Below, piece by piece: positions 50,566 through 62,577 of a stretch of DNA of 64,000 nt. The notes beneath the pieces were generated by a model. That model searched no databases. It was given only the letters and a program-made list of their open reading frames with translations, and was not told the origin of the DNA. Each line of letters opens with the position of its first letter. Position 1 is the stretch's first letter. The position numbers and the translations under genes are program-made. Source of the stretch: Gammaproteobacteria bacterium (GTDB taxonomy: Bacteria; Pseudomonadota; Gammaproteobacteria; JBCCGL01); contig OZ255836.1 in the NCBI GenBank assembly GCA_965277715.1, forward strand, positions 3,597,254-3,661,253, written 5' to 3'.

Positions 50566-51626
50566 CAGTCGAATCTCCGCAATGCCAATCCGGCGGCAAG
50601 CATCAGCGACGGTGCGTCGGTGTATAGTCGCTGGCGCTGGACATTAGATGCCAGTTGCATATTTGCAAATGGATTGACAATGCTGGTACGGGTGCCAATG
50701 TGTGCCTGAATAAATTCATCGATGCCGGGTATCATCGCATTGCCGCCAGCGAGCACAACGTGGTCAACATTGTCGTGACTGCCCGCAGAGAAGAAAAATT
50801 GTAAAAACCGACTGACCTGCTGCGCCATGGTTTGTTTAAAAGGTTCGAGTATTTCGATTTCATAGTTTTCCGGGAGACCGCCATTGCGTTTTGCCCTGCC
50901 GGCATCCTCGTAGGACAAACCATAGCGACGCATAATATCCTCGGTGAGCTGCCTGCCGCCAAATGGTTGTTCACGTGTGTAAATCAGGTTCCTGTCGTAG
51001 ATAACATTGAGGCTTGTCATGGTGGCGCCCACATCGACAATCGCCACTGTTTTGCCAGCACCCTGGTTGTCGATCTGGTCGGCAAACAGCGAAAACGCGT
51101 GTTCGACGGTATAGGGTTCAATGTCCATGATTTTGGTTTTTAATCCACCGATATCAGCCGCTGCAGACCGGTCGTCGACATTTTCGCTTTTTGATGCTGC
51201 CAGCAGCACATCGACAGTTGATGTCGAGTCAAGCGTGGGGCCAAGTGTTTGAAAGTCGAGATTGATTTCCTCAAGTGGGTAGGGAATATATTGATCCGCC
51301 TCAAGCTGAATCTGGATTTCCATTTCATTGTCGCTCAATGTGCTGGGCATAGTGATTACTTTGGTTATCACCGCTGATCCGGGAACGGCAACGGCCGCCG
51401 TTTTTGCGCGTGTACCGGCAGTTTTCACCGCGTTGCGAACGGCTTCACCTACCGCCTCGATATCTTTCAGGCTTTTCTCCTGGATAGCGTCAACCGGTAA
51501 TGGCGATACCGCATAACTTTCCACGCGATAACCATCACCCTTACGGCTTAGCTCCAGCAGCTTCACAGAAGTAGAGCTGATATCCAGGCCCACCATCGGT
51601 GGGCTTTTTTTACTTAGGGAGAACAC
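50565..51626 (-). CDS. pilM: type IV pilus assembly ATPase-like protein PilM
   Basis: The N-terminal motif GLDISSTSVKLLELS and an actin-like fold. Confidence 0.9.
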   Translation of the reverse strand: MFSLSKKSPPMVGLDISSTSVKLLELSRKGDGYRVESYAVSPLPVDAIQEKSLKDIEAVGEAVRNAVKTAGTRAKTAAVAVPGSAVITKVITMPSTLSDNEMEIQIQLEADQYIPYPLEEINLDFQTLGPTLDSTSTVDVLLAASKSENVDDRSAAADIGGLKTKIMDIEPYTVEHAFSLFADQIDNQGAGKTVAIVDVGATMTSLNVIYDRNLIYTREQPFGGRQLTEDIMRRYGLSYEDAGRAKRNGGLPENYEIEILEPFKQTMAQQVSRFLQFFFSAGSHDNVDHVVLAGGNAMIPGIDEFIQAHIGTRTSIVNPFANMQLASNVQRQRLYTDAPSLMLAAGLALRRFD

Positions 51627-51868
51627 AATGGGTTACTGGGCACCTGTTTTTAGGGTAAACATCCCGGCCAATTGGCTGTAGGGTTACTAATATAGTGTAT
51701 AGGATAGATGTTAATATACTTTAAATAATAGCTGCAAGTTTCTAATAATACTCTAGATCACAATTTACTCATAGCGAACTGGTATACGTTTTATCATTGG
51801 TAAATGCTTTATAATCATATTTCTATTCACTGAGTATAATCCAACCACCCTTAAAAACATGCCCGTTT

Positions 51869-54388
51869 ATGCCTAAGACAAAAAACACGACATTAATAAA
51901 ACTGCTTAAATGGTTGTTTTCAATCGGTTTTTTAGGTGTGGTGCTGGCGCTGGGTGGTGTGTTTGGTCTGTATCTGTACCTGTCGCCGCAGCTTCCCCCA
52001 ATCGATGTACTCAAGGATGTACGCTTGCAGGTGCCATTGCGGGTGTACACCAGCGAGGGTGATCTTATTGTTGAAATTGGCGAAAAACGCCGTGAGCCAC
52101 TATCCATCGATAAAGTGCCTGAACAGTTGAAGGCGGCTTACCTGGCAGCGGAAGATGACCGTTTTTATAGTCATCCCGGTGTCGATTATCAGGGTTTGCT
52201 ACGCGCTGTAGTCAATTTGATCAAGACCGGGAAAAAAGGCCAGGGCGGTAGCACTATCACTATGCAGGTGGCACGAAACTTTTTTCTCACCCCTGAGAAA
52301 AGCTACAAACGTAAAATTAACGAGATATTTCTGGCATTAAGAATTGAAAATGAATTGTCGAAGGGCAAAATCCTCGAACTCTATTTAAATAAAATATTCC
52401 TGGGTAATCGTGCCTATGGGGTTGGGGCTGCATCAAAAGTGTATTACGGCGTTGAGGTGCAGGATTTGACCCTGGCACAGATGGCCATGCTCGCAGCATT
52501 GCCCAAAGCACCCTCTGCAACCAACCCAGTGGCGAATCCAGAAGGGGCTCTGGGGCGTAGAAATTATGTGCTGGACCGCATGTTACACCTCAATATGATT
52601 GACGAGAAAGCCTGGCAGCAGGCACGCAATGCACCCATCAGCGCTAAAATCCATAGCGCCGCGCAGGAGGTGGATGCTGGCTATGTCGGAGAAATGGCGC
52701 GTGCCAAACTGGTCGAGTTGTTTGCGGATAACCCTTATACCGCTGGTTTAAAGGTCTATACCACGGTGAAAACTGCGCATCAGGAAGCCGCTAACCGCGC
52801 CTTGCGCAAGGCCTTGCTGGATTATGAACAGCGACGCGGATACCGTGGCGCAGTCGATACGCTTGACGCTGAGGTTTTGGCTGATGCTGAACGCATTGAA
52901 TTGGCGTTAAAGGCTTACCCTACTCCAGGTGGGCTTCGTCCGGCAGTTGTTACTGTACTGGCGGAACAACAGGCCGATTTGTTTGTGCAGGGTAGGGAGA
53001 GTGCACAAATCCATTTTGAAGATCTGAAGTGGGCAGGTAAACGACAAAGGCGTGGTAAAGGGGCTGCGCCAAAGGTTATCGGTGATGTGTTGGCTGTTGG
53101 CGATGTTGTCTATCTGGCTGATGACCAGGGGCAGCTAAAGCTGGCGCAGATGCCTTTGGTCGAAGGGGCTTTTGTTTCCCTTGATCCGAGTGATGGGGCT
53201 ATTCAGGCGCTGGTAGGTGGTTTCGATTTTTACCGCAGTAAATTTAACCGGGTGATGCAGGCGGAACGCCAACCCGGTTCCAATTTCAAACCCATTATTT
53301 ACTCGGCTGCACTGGAAAAGGGGTATACCGCTGCCAGGACCATTAACGATGCGCCTGTCGTGCTTGATGACGTCTCGCTGGAAGGTGAATGGCGCCCGGA
53401 AAATTACAGTGGCAAGTTTTTTGGCCCCACACGGTTTCGCGAAGCGCTGGTTCGCTCGCGCAATCTGGTGTCCATCCGCCTATTAGATGATATGGGGCTG
53501 GATTATGTAATGGATTATGTCACCCGTTTTGGTATTGACCCAGGCAATTTGCCGCGTAATTTATCGCTGGCGCTGGGGAGCGGCGGATTAAAGCCGATAC
53601 AGGTGGTGAGAGCCTACGCGACCTTTGCCAATCAGGGTTTCCTGGTAGAGCCCTATCTGATCGACCGGATTGAAGATGTCGATGGTACGGTTTTGTTTAA
53701 AGCCAATCCAGCCATAGTATGTGATGGTGATTGCCCCAAAAGTCACCAGCAGGCCGGGCAGAGCGAGACAACTGTGGATAAACCAGATGCGAGTGACCCT
53801 GTTGCTAGTGAACCTGATCCGGTAAAAACGGATGAGTCGGGCAATCTGCAAAAGGCTGGCGAGGCGGCGGTAGTTAACTATGCTGAGCGCGTACTCGACC
53901 CCCGCAATGCCTATATTATGCGTTCTATTATGCGTGATGTCGTGCGCCGTGGGACGGCACGCCGGGCGACAGTGCTGGGTAGGCGGGATATTGGCGGCAA
54001 AACCGGCACCACTAATGATCAGCACGATGCATGGTATTCCGGCTTTAACGATCAACTGGTTGCCACCGCGTGGGTGGGGTACGACCAACAAAAATCGCTT
54101 GGTGCACGCGAGACAGGTGGGCGTGCCGCGCTACCTATATGGATAGATTATATGCGCGAAGCCCTACAGGGATTGCCTGAAAATAAAATAATCGAACCCG
54201 ATGGCATGACCTCAGTATTGATCGATCCGGTGACCGGTGACGTGGCTGACGGTGGTAATAGCGATGCTATTTTTGAAATGTTTCGTGTTGAGTATGCTCC
54301 CACGCCCAGTGTTTCTGGCAGTGGTGATAGCGCTGTAACTACACAGGAAATCAAGCAACAGGAAGAAACAACCGAAGGGTTGTTTTAA
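51869..54388 (+). CDS. mrcA: penicillin-binding protein 1A (bifunctional transglycosylase/transpeptidase)
   Basis: Contains the GT51 motifs (EDDRFYSH, GGSTITMQ) and the transpeptidase motifs SNFKP and KTGTT. It is divergent from pilM. Confidence 0.9.
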   Translation: MPKTKNTTLIKLLKWLFSIGFLGVVLALGGVFGLYLYLSPQLPPIDVLKDVRLQVPLRVYTSEGDLIVEIGEKRREPLSIDKVPEQLKAAYLAAEDDRFYSHPGVDYQGLLRAVVNLIKTGKKGQGGSTITMQVARNFFLTPEKSYKRKINEIFLALRIENELSKGKILELYLNKIFLGNRAYGVGAASKVYYGVEVQDLTLAQMAMLAALPKAPSATNPVANPEGALGRRNYVLDRMLHLNMIDEKAWQQARNAPISAKIHSAAQEVDAGYVGEMARAKLVELFADNPYTAGLKVYTTVKTAHQEAANRALRKALLDYEQRRGYRGAVDTLDAEVLADAERIELALKAYPTPGGLRPAVVTVLAEQQADLFVQGRESAQIHFEDLKWAGKRQRRGKGAAPKVIGDVLAVGDVVYLADDQGQLKLAQMPLVEGAFVSLDPSDGAIQALVGGFDFYRSKFNRVMQAERQPGSNFKPIIYSAALEKGYTAARTINDAPVVLDDVSLEGEWRPENYSGKFFGPTRFREALVRSRNLVSIRLLDDMGLDYVMDYVTRFGIDPGNLPRNLSLALGSGGLKPIQVVRAYATFANQGFLVEPYLIDRIEDVDGTVLFKANPAIVCDGDCPKSHQQAGQSETTVDKPDASDPVASEPDPVKTDESGNLQKAGEAAVVNYAERVLDPRNAYIMRSIMRDVVRRGTARRATVLGRRDIGGKTGTTNDQHDAWYSGFNDQLVATAWVGYDQQKSLGARETGGRAALPIWIDYMREALQGLPENKIIEPDGMTSVLIDPVTGDVADGGNSDAIFEMFRVEYAPTPSVSGSGDSAVTTQEIKQQEETTEGLF

Positions 54389-54565
54389 CCTAAATTCCGC
54401 AGTTGAATCTACTGCGAGCACCTAATGCACAGAATCTAAAGCGCTTTAACCAGCATTTCAGCTTCACCTGTAGAATCACGACAGGATGGCTAAAATGCGG
54501 GTAAAAACACTTCATCTTCAGCACCTTAGACGCCCTCGCTACGATTCAACTGCGGAATTTAGGTT
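54387..54565. mobile_element. MITE-like element copy 2 (about 175 bp): perfect 20 bp TIRs AACCTAAATTCCGCAGTTGA / TCAACTGCGGAATTTAGGTT
   Basis: Left TIR at 54387-54406, right TIR at 54546-54565. The first 19 internal nt are the reverse complement of the copy-1 core. The mrcA stop TAA abuts the element, and the hemE stop TAA lies inside the right TIR. Confidence 0.65.
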
Positions 54566-55698
54566 TGCCCGTCTTGTCCGTCATGGTACTGGGGGCTTAG
54601 CGTCTGTACGGCTTCCACCATCGCGGCGACGTGATCTGGGTTGATACGCGGGTGAATGCCGTGGCCTAAATTAAATATGTGTCCACTGCCCCGGCCATAG
54701 CTGGCGAGTACTTTGCCTACTTCACGGTGGATTGTCTGTGGGTCGGCATAGAGGACATTGGGGTCGAGATTGCCTTGTAATGCCACCCGGTCACCGGTGA
54801 GTTCACGCGCACGGGCGAGATCGGTGGTCCAGTCGACACCGAGTGCATCACAACCTGTGTCCGCCATTGCCTGTAACCATTGCCCGCCATTTTTAGTGAA
54901 TAACACAACAGGCACCTGGCGACCCTCATTGTGCCGGTTGAGTTGTTCAATAATGCGTTGCATATAATTCAATGAAAAATCGCGGTAGTTCTGTGGCGAC
55001 AGCACACCGCCCCAGGTATCAAAAATCATCACTGCCTGCGCCCCTGCGGATATTTGTGCGTTTAGGTAGGCAGCGACGGTGTCGCTCAATTTCTCCAGTA
55101 GCGTATGCAGACAGTCGGCCTGGTTAAACAACATGGATTTAATCTTTGCGAATTCACGGCTGGACTGGCCTTCCACCATATAGGTTGCCAATGTCCAGGG
55201 GCTGCCGGAAAAGCCAATTAGTGGCACGCTGCCGTTGAGTGCGGTCCGAATGGTGCGTATTGCCTCCATCACGTAAGCTAAATCGGCATTGGGGTCTATT
55301 TTAGGCAGCTTATCGATATCGCTGCGGTTGCTCAGCCGTGTCTTAAAGCGCGGCCCTTCGCCTTCAGAAAAGTATAGCCCCAGCCCCATTGCATCCGGGA
55401 TGGTGAGAATATCTGAAAACAAAATTGCCGCATCCAGCGCAAAGCGTGCCAGTGGTTGTAAGGTGACTTTGCAGGCCAGTTCCGGGGATTTGCACAGTGT
55501 CATAAAATCGCCCGCGTCGGCCCGGGTGGCGCGGTACTCAGGCAGATAGCGGCCTGCCTGGCGCATAATCCATACGGGTGTACGGTCGACGGGCTGGCGC
55601 AGCATTGCACGCAGTAAACGGTCGTTTTTCAGGTCGTTTTTTACATTTTCCACTAAACGGCTCATATTAGGTTCGTTTGATTTCCTAGACTCATACAT
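54559..55698 (-). CDS. hemE: uroporphyrinogen decarboxylase
   Basis: Contains [33 protein letters not shown]. The start may instead be the internal ATG at 55665. Confidence 0.9.
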   Translation of the reverse strand: MYESRKSNEPNMSRLVENVKNDLKNDRLLRAMLRQPVDRTPVWIMRQAGRYLPEYRATRADAGDFMTLCKSPELACKVTLQPLARFALDAAILFSDILTIPDAMGLGLYFSEGEGPRFKTRLSNRSDIDKLPKIDPNADLAYVMEAIRTIRTALNGSVPLIGFSGSPWTLATYMVEGQSSREFAKIKSMLFNQADCLHTLLEKLSDTVAAYLNAQISAGAQAVMIFDTWGGVLSPQNYRDFSLNYMQRIIEQLNRHNEGRQVPVVLFTKNGGQWLQAMADTGCDALGVDWTTDLARARELTGDRVALQGNLDPNVLYADPQTIHREVGKVLASYGRGSGHIFNLGHGIHPRINPDHVAAMVEAVQTLSPQYHDGQDGQT

Positions 55699-55704
55699 CT
55701 AGGG

Positions 55705-57243
<1,539 letters not shown>

Positions 57244-57266
57244 CTATGCCGAGGTGGCCACACTGA

Positions 57267-57719
57267 CTATGAAGTTAGGCGCGCCTTAATTTTTGCACTG
57301 ACAGCAGCCATATCGGCACGGCCTTGAAGTTGCGGTTTAAGTTGTCCCATTACTTTGCCCATATCCTTTATCGTGCTGGCACTGCAGTTGTCGATAGCGT
57401 CATCGATTAGGCGATCAACGTCTGCATCACTCAAGGCTGTTGGCAGGTAATGCTGTAATACCTCAAGCTCGAAGATTTCCTGTTGCAATAAATCGTCGCG
57501 TGCTGCCTGCCGATACTGTTCCATTGATTCGCGGCGTTGCTTGGCCATTTTATCCAGCACCGTAATAACAGCGGTATCATCCAGCGCGATACGCTCATCC
57601 ACTTCGCGTTGCTTGATAGCGGCGTTGACCAGGCGAATAACGCCCAACCGCCGTTTTTCGCCGCTTTTCATTGCGGCTTTCATGTCCGTATTGAGTTGTT
57701 GCTTGAGGTCGCTCATCAA
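57267..57719 (-). CDS. yqeY: GatB/YqeY domain protein
   Basis: A 150 aa YqeY-like protein. It lies immediately downstream of rpsU, as in Pseudomonas. Confidence 0.75.
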   Translation of the reverse strand: MMSDLKQQLNTDMKAAMKSGEKRRLGVIRLVNAAIKQREVDERIALDDTAVITVLDKMAKQRRESMEQYRQAARDDLLQQEIFELEVLQHYLPTALSDADVDRLIDDAIDNCSASTIKDMGKVMGQLKPQLQGRADMAAVSAKIKARLTS

Positions 57720-57755
57720 AAACCGATGCCAAAAATACCGGGTTGCTGCGAACGT

Positions 57756-57971
57756 TTAGTACAAACGAACGCTACGAGCAGATTCTTTGGAGAGCTTTTT
57801 CTGGTGGCGTTTGACCGCAGCGGCCGCTTTGCGCTTGCGCTCGGTGGTGGGTTTTTCGTAAAACTCGCGACGGCGTGACTCGGTGACCACCCCGGCTTTT
57901 TCGCAGGCGCGCTTAAAGCGGCGCATGGCGATTTCAAACGGTTCATTTTCTCTGACGCGTACATCTGGCAT
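57756..57971 (-). CDS. rpsU: 30S ribosomal protein S21
   Basis: A 71 aa protein, [28 protein letters not shown]... It is divergent from tsaD. Confidence 0.95.
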   Translation of the reverse strand: MPDVRVRENEPFEIAMRRFKRACEKAGVVTESRRREFYEKPTTERKRKAAAAVKRHQKKLSKESARSVRLY

Positions 57972-58156
57972 TGCGGTTCTACCTGACCTTATAAAAGTGC
58001 ATAATTTATGAGCATCTGCTCAGCGAATCGACCATTATATCGTCCGGGCGCTGTGTTGCAATAATTTGTTTGTTTTATCTTAAGTGTGTCCGGCATCTGT
58101 TTCCAGGATCATCCTGGGCAGGTTCACGGGTACGCAATGTTGAAGAGTTTTAATCT

Positions 58157-59167
58157 ATGAAAGTCCTTGGTATTGAATCATCCTGTGATGAAACAGGTGT
58201 TGCTGTTTACGATTACCACGCCGGGTTGCTGGCCCATCAACTATACAGCCAGGTTGAAATGCACGCCGAATACGGAGGGGTCGTGCCTGAGCTGGCCTCG
58301 CGTGATCATGTGCGCAAGTTATTACCACTAATCCGTGAAACCTTAAGCGCTGCATCGTTGACACTCGACGACCTTGACGGCATAGCCTATACCAGTGGCC
58401 CAGGATTGGCCGGTGCGTTGCTGGTGGGTGCTGCCACAGGGCGGTCGTTGGCCTGGGCGTTGCGTTTGCCCGCCATAGGTGTTCACCATTTGGAGGGGCA
58501 CCTACTGGCACCAATGTTGGATGCAGCGCCACAGTTTCCCTTTGTGTGTCTGTTGGTTTCAGGTGGTCATACACAGCTTATTCAGGTGGATCGGATTGGT
58601 GACTACCGGTTGCTGGGCAGTAGCCTGGATGATGCAGTCGGTGAAGCTTTCGATAAAACAGCGCAGCTTTTAGGTTTGGGTTATCCAGGTGGCCCGGCGC
58701 TGGCGAAGCTCGCCGAGTCGGGGCGGCCCGGTGTGTTCCGGTTTCCACGACCCATGACTGACCGGGCAGGGTTGGACATGAGTTTTAGTGGTTTAAAAAC
58801 GTTTGCGATCACCACTTACCGGAAATCTGGCCCGGATGACGCCGCCAATATTGCCTGGGCGTTCCAGGATGCAGTTGTCGATACTCTGCTAATAAAAACG
58901 CGACGGGCGCTGGAGCAAACGGGCATTAAGCAACTGGTGGTTGCCGGAGGTGTCGGGGCCAATCAATGCCTGCGCGAGCGCTTTTCTCATGCGTTCAAAA
59001 AACAAAGTGTGCGGGTTAACTACCCGCGTATGGCATTTTGCACCGACAATGGTGCGATGATTGCACTGGCTGGCTGCATTCGCCTGCAAGCGGGTGAAAC
59101 AGCGTCTTTGGAAGTGGGGATTAGACCGCGTTGGCCTATGCAGGAAGTTCAACCATTGCCAGCGTAA
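58157..59167 (+). CDS. tsaD: tRNA N6-adenosine threonylcarbamoyltransferase
   Basis: [19 protein letters not shown] is typical of the Kae1/TsaD family. His-His metal site present. Confidence 0.9.
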   Translation: MKVLGIESSCDETGVAVYDYHAGLLAHQLYSQVEMHAEYGGVVPELASRDHVRKLLPLIRETLSAASLTLDDLDGIAYTSGPGLAGALLVGAATGRSLAWALRLPAIGVHHLEGHLLAPMLDAAPQFPFVCLLVSGGHTQLIQVDRIGDYRLLGSSLDDAVGEAFDKTAQLLGLGYPGGPALAKLAESGRPGVFRFPRPMTDRAGLDMSFSGLKTFAITTYRKSGPDDAANIAWAFQDAVVDTLLIKTRRALEQTGIKQLVVAGGVGANQCLRERFSHAFKKQSVRVNYPRMAFCTDNGAMIALAGCIRLQAGETASLEVGIRPRWPMQEVQPLPA

Positions 59168-59227
59168 TTTCCCTGGTTTTCGTGTGCTTACCACAAGACA
59201 GTACATACATTCACGCTAAGCATCCAA

Positions 59228-59851
59228 TCAACCAGCTTTATGTGCGCCAATCCGGGGTTCTGTGCCTGCCATCAGGTTGCCAATATTACTGCGGTGGCGC
59301 CAAAACAGCAGCAGCGCAATACAGCAGAGTGTATAGATGATCACTGTCTTGCCACCGAGCAACCACAGATAAAGCGGCACCAGGCTAAATGTAGCCAGTG
59401 CAGCGACAGAGGAAATGCGAACACTCAGGCTTATAGCCAACCAGGTGGCGATGGCCAGCAGGCCACAAATCCACGATAGGCCCAGTAATGCACCGAGTGC
59501 GGTGGCGACTCCCTTACCTCCCTGGAAGCGGAAGAATAAGGGGTATAGGTGCCCTAAAAATGCCCCCAGCCCGGCAGCGGCCAATATACCGGCTTCGCTG
59601 TTGTCGTCTATATTGGCAAAGTGTACGGCGCAAACGGCCAGTAGGCCCTTGAGCATATCGCCTAATAGTGTGATGGCGGCGGCCTTTTTACCTGCGGAGC
59701 GAAGGACGTTAGTGGTGCCGGGGTTTTTTGAACCCGTGGTGCGCGGATCCGGCAGTCGCATTAGCTTACAGGTTATGATTGCGGCTGACAGTGAGCCGAG
59801 TAAGTAGGCAGCGACGAATGCAATGCCCGTGAAAACAGTCAATGTAACCAT
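59228..59851 (-). CDS. plsY: glycerol-3-phosphate acyltransferase PlsY
   Basis: A 207 aa membrane protein with the motif GSKNPGTTNVLRSAGKKAA. Confidence 0.85.
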   Translation of the reverse strand: MVTLTVFTGIAFVAAYLLGSLSAAIITCKLMRLPDPRTTGSKNPGTTNVLRSAGKKAAAITLLGDMLKGLLAVCAVHFANIDDNSEAGILAAAGLGAFLGHLYPLFFRFQGGKGVATALGALLGLSWICGLLAIATWLAISLSVRISSVAALATFSLVPLYLWLLGGKTVIIYTLCCIALLLFWRHRSNIGNLMAGTEPRIGAHKAG

Positions 59852-59968
59852 AAGGTATTTCTCAGCGACAATGCGTTATTGTAGCGAATTAGGGCTGATA
59901 GGCTCTAAATAATGTTTTAGTTAAGATTCTTTTTCTACGATGGCTGCGTAGAAAGTTGGGGGACTGGC

Positions 59969-60874
59969 GTGAATGAAGAAAGCTTTGCGCTGAGCAACCG
60001 TTCGGTGCGGCAGGTGTTTGACCGGGCGGCAGATACCTATGATGCGGCGGCGGTATTGCAGGCCGAGGTTGGCAGGCGATTACTGGAGCGCCTGGATTAT
60101 CTGCGTATAAACCCGGCGTTGGTGGTCGACCTTGGTACGGGCACTGGTCTGGCACTCGATGCGTTGCGCGACCGCTATCCATCGGCTCATATCGTTGGTA
60201 TCGATATTTCTGAGGGCATGTTGCGCCGGGCGCGCAAGCGTGGTCGGTGGTTGCGGCGGCCACAGGTGCTCGCCGCCGATGCGCGGGCATTGCCGTTGGC
60301 CGATCGCTCGGTCGATTTGTTGTACGCCAATTTATTGCTGCCCTGGTGTGTGCAAATAGACCAGGTGTGGGCAGAAATTTCGCGTGTTTTGCGCCCTGGA
60401 GGGGCGATGTTGTGTACCACACTTGGCCCGGATACATTGATGGAGTTGCGGGCTGCAACGCAGGCGTTAGACTCAGCCGCTGTTCATGTACACGCTTTTA
60501 TCGATATGCACGATATTGGCGATGCCCTGATTCGCCACCGCATCGCTGAACCGGTTATGGATGCCGAGAAACTACAATTGAGCTACCCATCGGTAGAGGG
60601 CTTGATTCGCGATTTGCGTCAAACAGGTTCGGGTAATATCGCCGCTGGTCGGCGTCACGGCCTCAACCGGTATTTGACTGCCGGGTCGATTGCCCGGCAC
60701 TACCCTGGTAGTGACTCGGCTGCGGGTATTTCAGCGACAATCGAAGTGGTTTACGGTCATGGTTGGGCGAGTGAAGAGAGCGGGCAAACAACCATGGGTG
60801 TAGAGACCTATGTACCTGTGGCGTCTTTGCAGCGGCGCAAGGTCGATGCATATTCCGTTAAAAAACCGCTATAA
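59969..60874 (+). CDS. class I SAM-dependent methyltransferase, BioC-like (malonyl-ACP O-methyltransferase-like) with C-terminal extension
   Basis: Has the SAM motif VVDLGTGTG. The VFDRAADTYDAAAVLQAEVGRRLLERL, LPLADRSVDLLYANLLLPWC and RVLRPGG motifs parallel E. coli BioC. It is a stand-alone gene, not in a bio operon. Confidence 0.5.
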   Translation: MNEESFALSNRSVRQVFDRAADTYDAAAVLQAEVGRRLLERLDYLRINPALVVDLGTGTGLALDALRDRYPSAHIVGIDISEGMLRRARKRGRWLRRPQVLAADARALPLADRSVDLLYANLLLPWCVQIDQVWAEISRVLRPGGAMLCTTLGPDTLMELRAATQALDSAAVHVHAFIDMHDIGDALIRHRIAEPVMDAEKLQLSYPSVEGLIRDLRQTGSGNIAAGRRHGLNRYLTAGSIARHYPGSDSAAGISATIEVVYGHGWASEESGQTTMGVETYVPVASLQRRKVDAYSVKKPL

Positions 60875-61370
60875 GTTAAGGCATCATCTACAATTTGGCG
60901 CTATAGGTTGTTGATTGCGATATTCTGGCAGAATCAGGTGTTGGCATGTGAACTGCAAGCCTCTGAGCCTCTAAATTGCTGTGCATTTCAACTGTTTGGG
61001 CTGTCGCTTGGGTGTAAAGTCGGCTTGAGCTGTATCATGGGGTGGGTTAGGATGCGCTCCCAGCGAGAATGGCCTGTTTATACGGCCTGGGAGCTTGCCG
61101 GGTTTAGGTGCTCGTAACGGGAAAAAACTGGCTTGAGTCATTTTTTGTGCACTATTGAGGAGCATAGTGGTTCTATTTGACGGGATAGTATGCAAAAAAT
61201 GGGTGCGCAAAAAAGGGCCAAACCGGCTTTCCGCAGTAGAGCAGTTCTGAACCCGACAGGCTCCTAAGTACAAGATTTTAAATAGACCGAAAATGATACC
61301 GGTTTAATTGAGCACCGCCGGTTTTAAGCGGTTGACAGAATTTATTAAATTGAAAGTGGAGTAACTAAAT

Positions 61371-62519
61371 ATGGGCTCAATCTTTTTTAGGGCGATAGCA
61401 TGTTTACTTGGGGTGTTGATCGCAATCCCGGCTGTAGTGCAGTCGGATGAGTACCCTGTACCCCTGAATTTGCCCGTTGGGGTCACTGAAATCAGCCAAT
61501 CAGTTTATACCTTACATATGCTGATTTTCTGGATTTGTTGCGTTATAGCATTGCTTGTATTTGGTGTATTGTTCTACTCGGTGTATGCACACCGTAAATC
61601 CAAAGGTGCGGTTGCGGCAACTTTTCATGAAAGTACTACCGTCGAAATTTTCTGGACGATTATCCCATTTATCATTCTGGTCGCGATGGCTGTGCCTGCC
61701 GCCAAGGTGTTGATTGCCATGGAACAAACCGGGGATGCCGATATGACCATCAAAGTCACCGGTTACCAATGGAAATGGCACTATGACTATATAGGTGAGG
61801 ATGTCGGTTTTTTCAGTTCAATCAACCCAGAGCACAACGCTGCCCGCCAGAAAAACTCAGGTATTGACGTTACCCAGTTTGAGCACTACCTGAAAGATGT
61901 CGACAACCCACTGGTCGTTCCCGTCGGTAAAAAGATTCGCTTTTTGCAAACCTCCAATGATGTTATCCACTCCTGGTGGGTGCCCGATCTGGCTGTGAAA
62001 AAAGACGCGATCCCCGGCTTTATCAATGAAAACTGGGCGCTGATCGAAAAGCCCGGTGTCTACCGGGGTAAGTGTGCTGAGCTGTGCGGTCGGGATCATG
62101 GGTTTATGCCTATTGTGGTCAAGGCTGTCAATGAAGAGGAGTACAACACCTGGTTGGCCGCGCAGAAAGCCGGGGTGACGGAAGATGCCCAGGCGGCTGG
62201 AAAAACCTGGTCAAAGGATGAACTGATTGCACGCGGTGAAGGTGTTTATAATTCAACCTGTGTCGCCTGTCATCAGGCGGGTGGTCAGGGTATCCCTGGT
62301 GTCTTTCCCGCCATTACGGGTAGCCCGGTGGCAATAGGTGATGCCACTGCGCATACACAACTGATACTTAATGGCGTTTCAGGTACTGCAATGGCGGCAT
62401 TTGGCCAACAGTTGAATGATATTGATATCGCCTCGGTGATTACCTATCAACGCAATGCGTTGGGTAACAGTGTTGGCGATTTAGTACAGCCCGCCGAAGT
62501 GGCCGCGATGCGCAAATGA
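61371..62519 (+). CDS. coxB: cytochrome c oxidase subunit II with fused C-terminal cytochrome c domain (caa3-type)
   Basis: Two transmembrane helices, the CuA site H...CAELCGRDHGFM, and the heme c motif CVACH. Confidence 0.9.
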   Translation: MGSIFFRAIACLLGVLIAIPAVVQSDEYPVPLNLPVGVTEISQSVYTLHMLIFWICCVIALLVFGVLFYSVYAHRKSKGAVAATFHESTTVEIFWTIIPFIILVAMAVPAAKVLIAMEQTGDADMTIKVTGYQWKWHYDYIGEDVGFFSSINPEHNAARQKNSGIDVTQFEHYLKDVDNPLVVPVGKKIRFLQTSNDVIHSWWVPDLAVKKDAIPGFINENWALIEKPGVYRGKCAELCGRDHGFMPIVVKAVNEEEYNTWLAAQKAGVTEDAQAAGKTWSKDELIARGEGVYNSTCVACHQAGGQGIPGVFPAITGSPVAIGDATAHTQLILNGVSGTAMAAFGQQLNDIDIASVITYQRNALGNSVGDLVQPAEVAAMRK

Positions 62520-62577
62520 TGACAATGCGCAAAACCACCCTAACCCTTTTTTCAAGATTTGACTTCAGGAGCACACC

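Noticed and set aside
59889-60458. A 189 aa minus-strand ORF opposite the BioC-like methyltransferase.
   Set aside because: Pro/Arg/Ala-rich, low-complexity translation of the antisense strand of a GC-rich gene. The sense-strand protein has clear SAM-MTase motifs.
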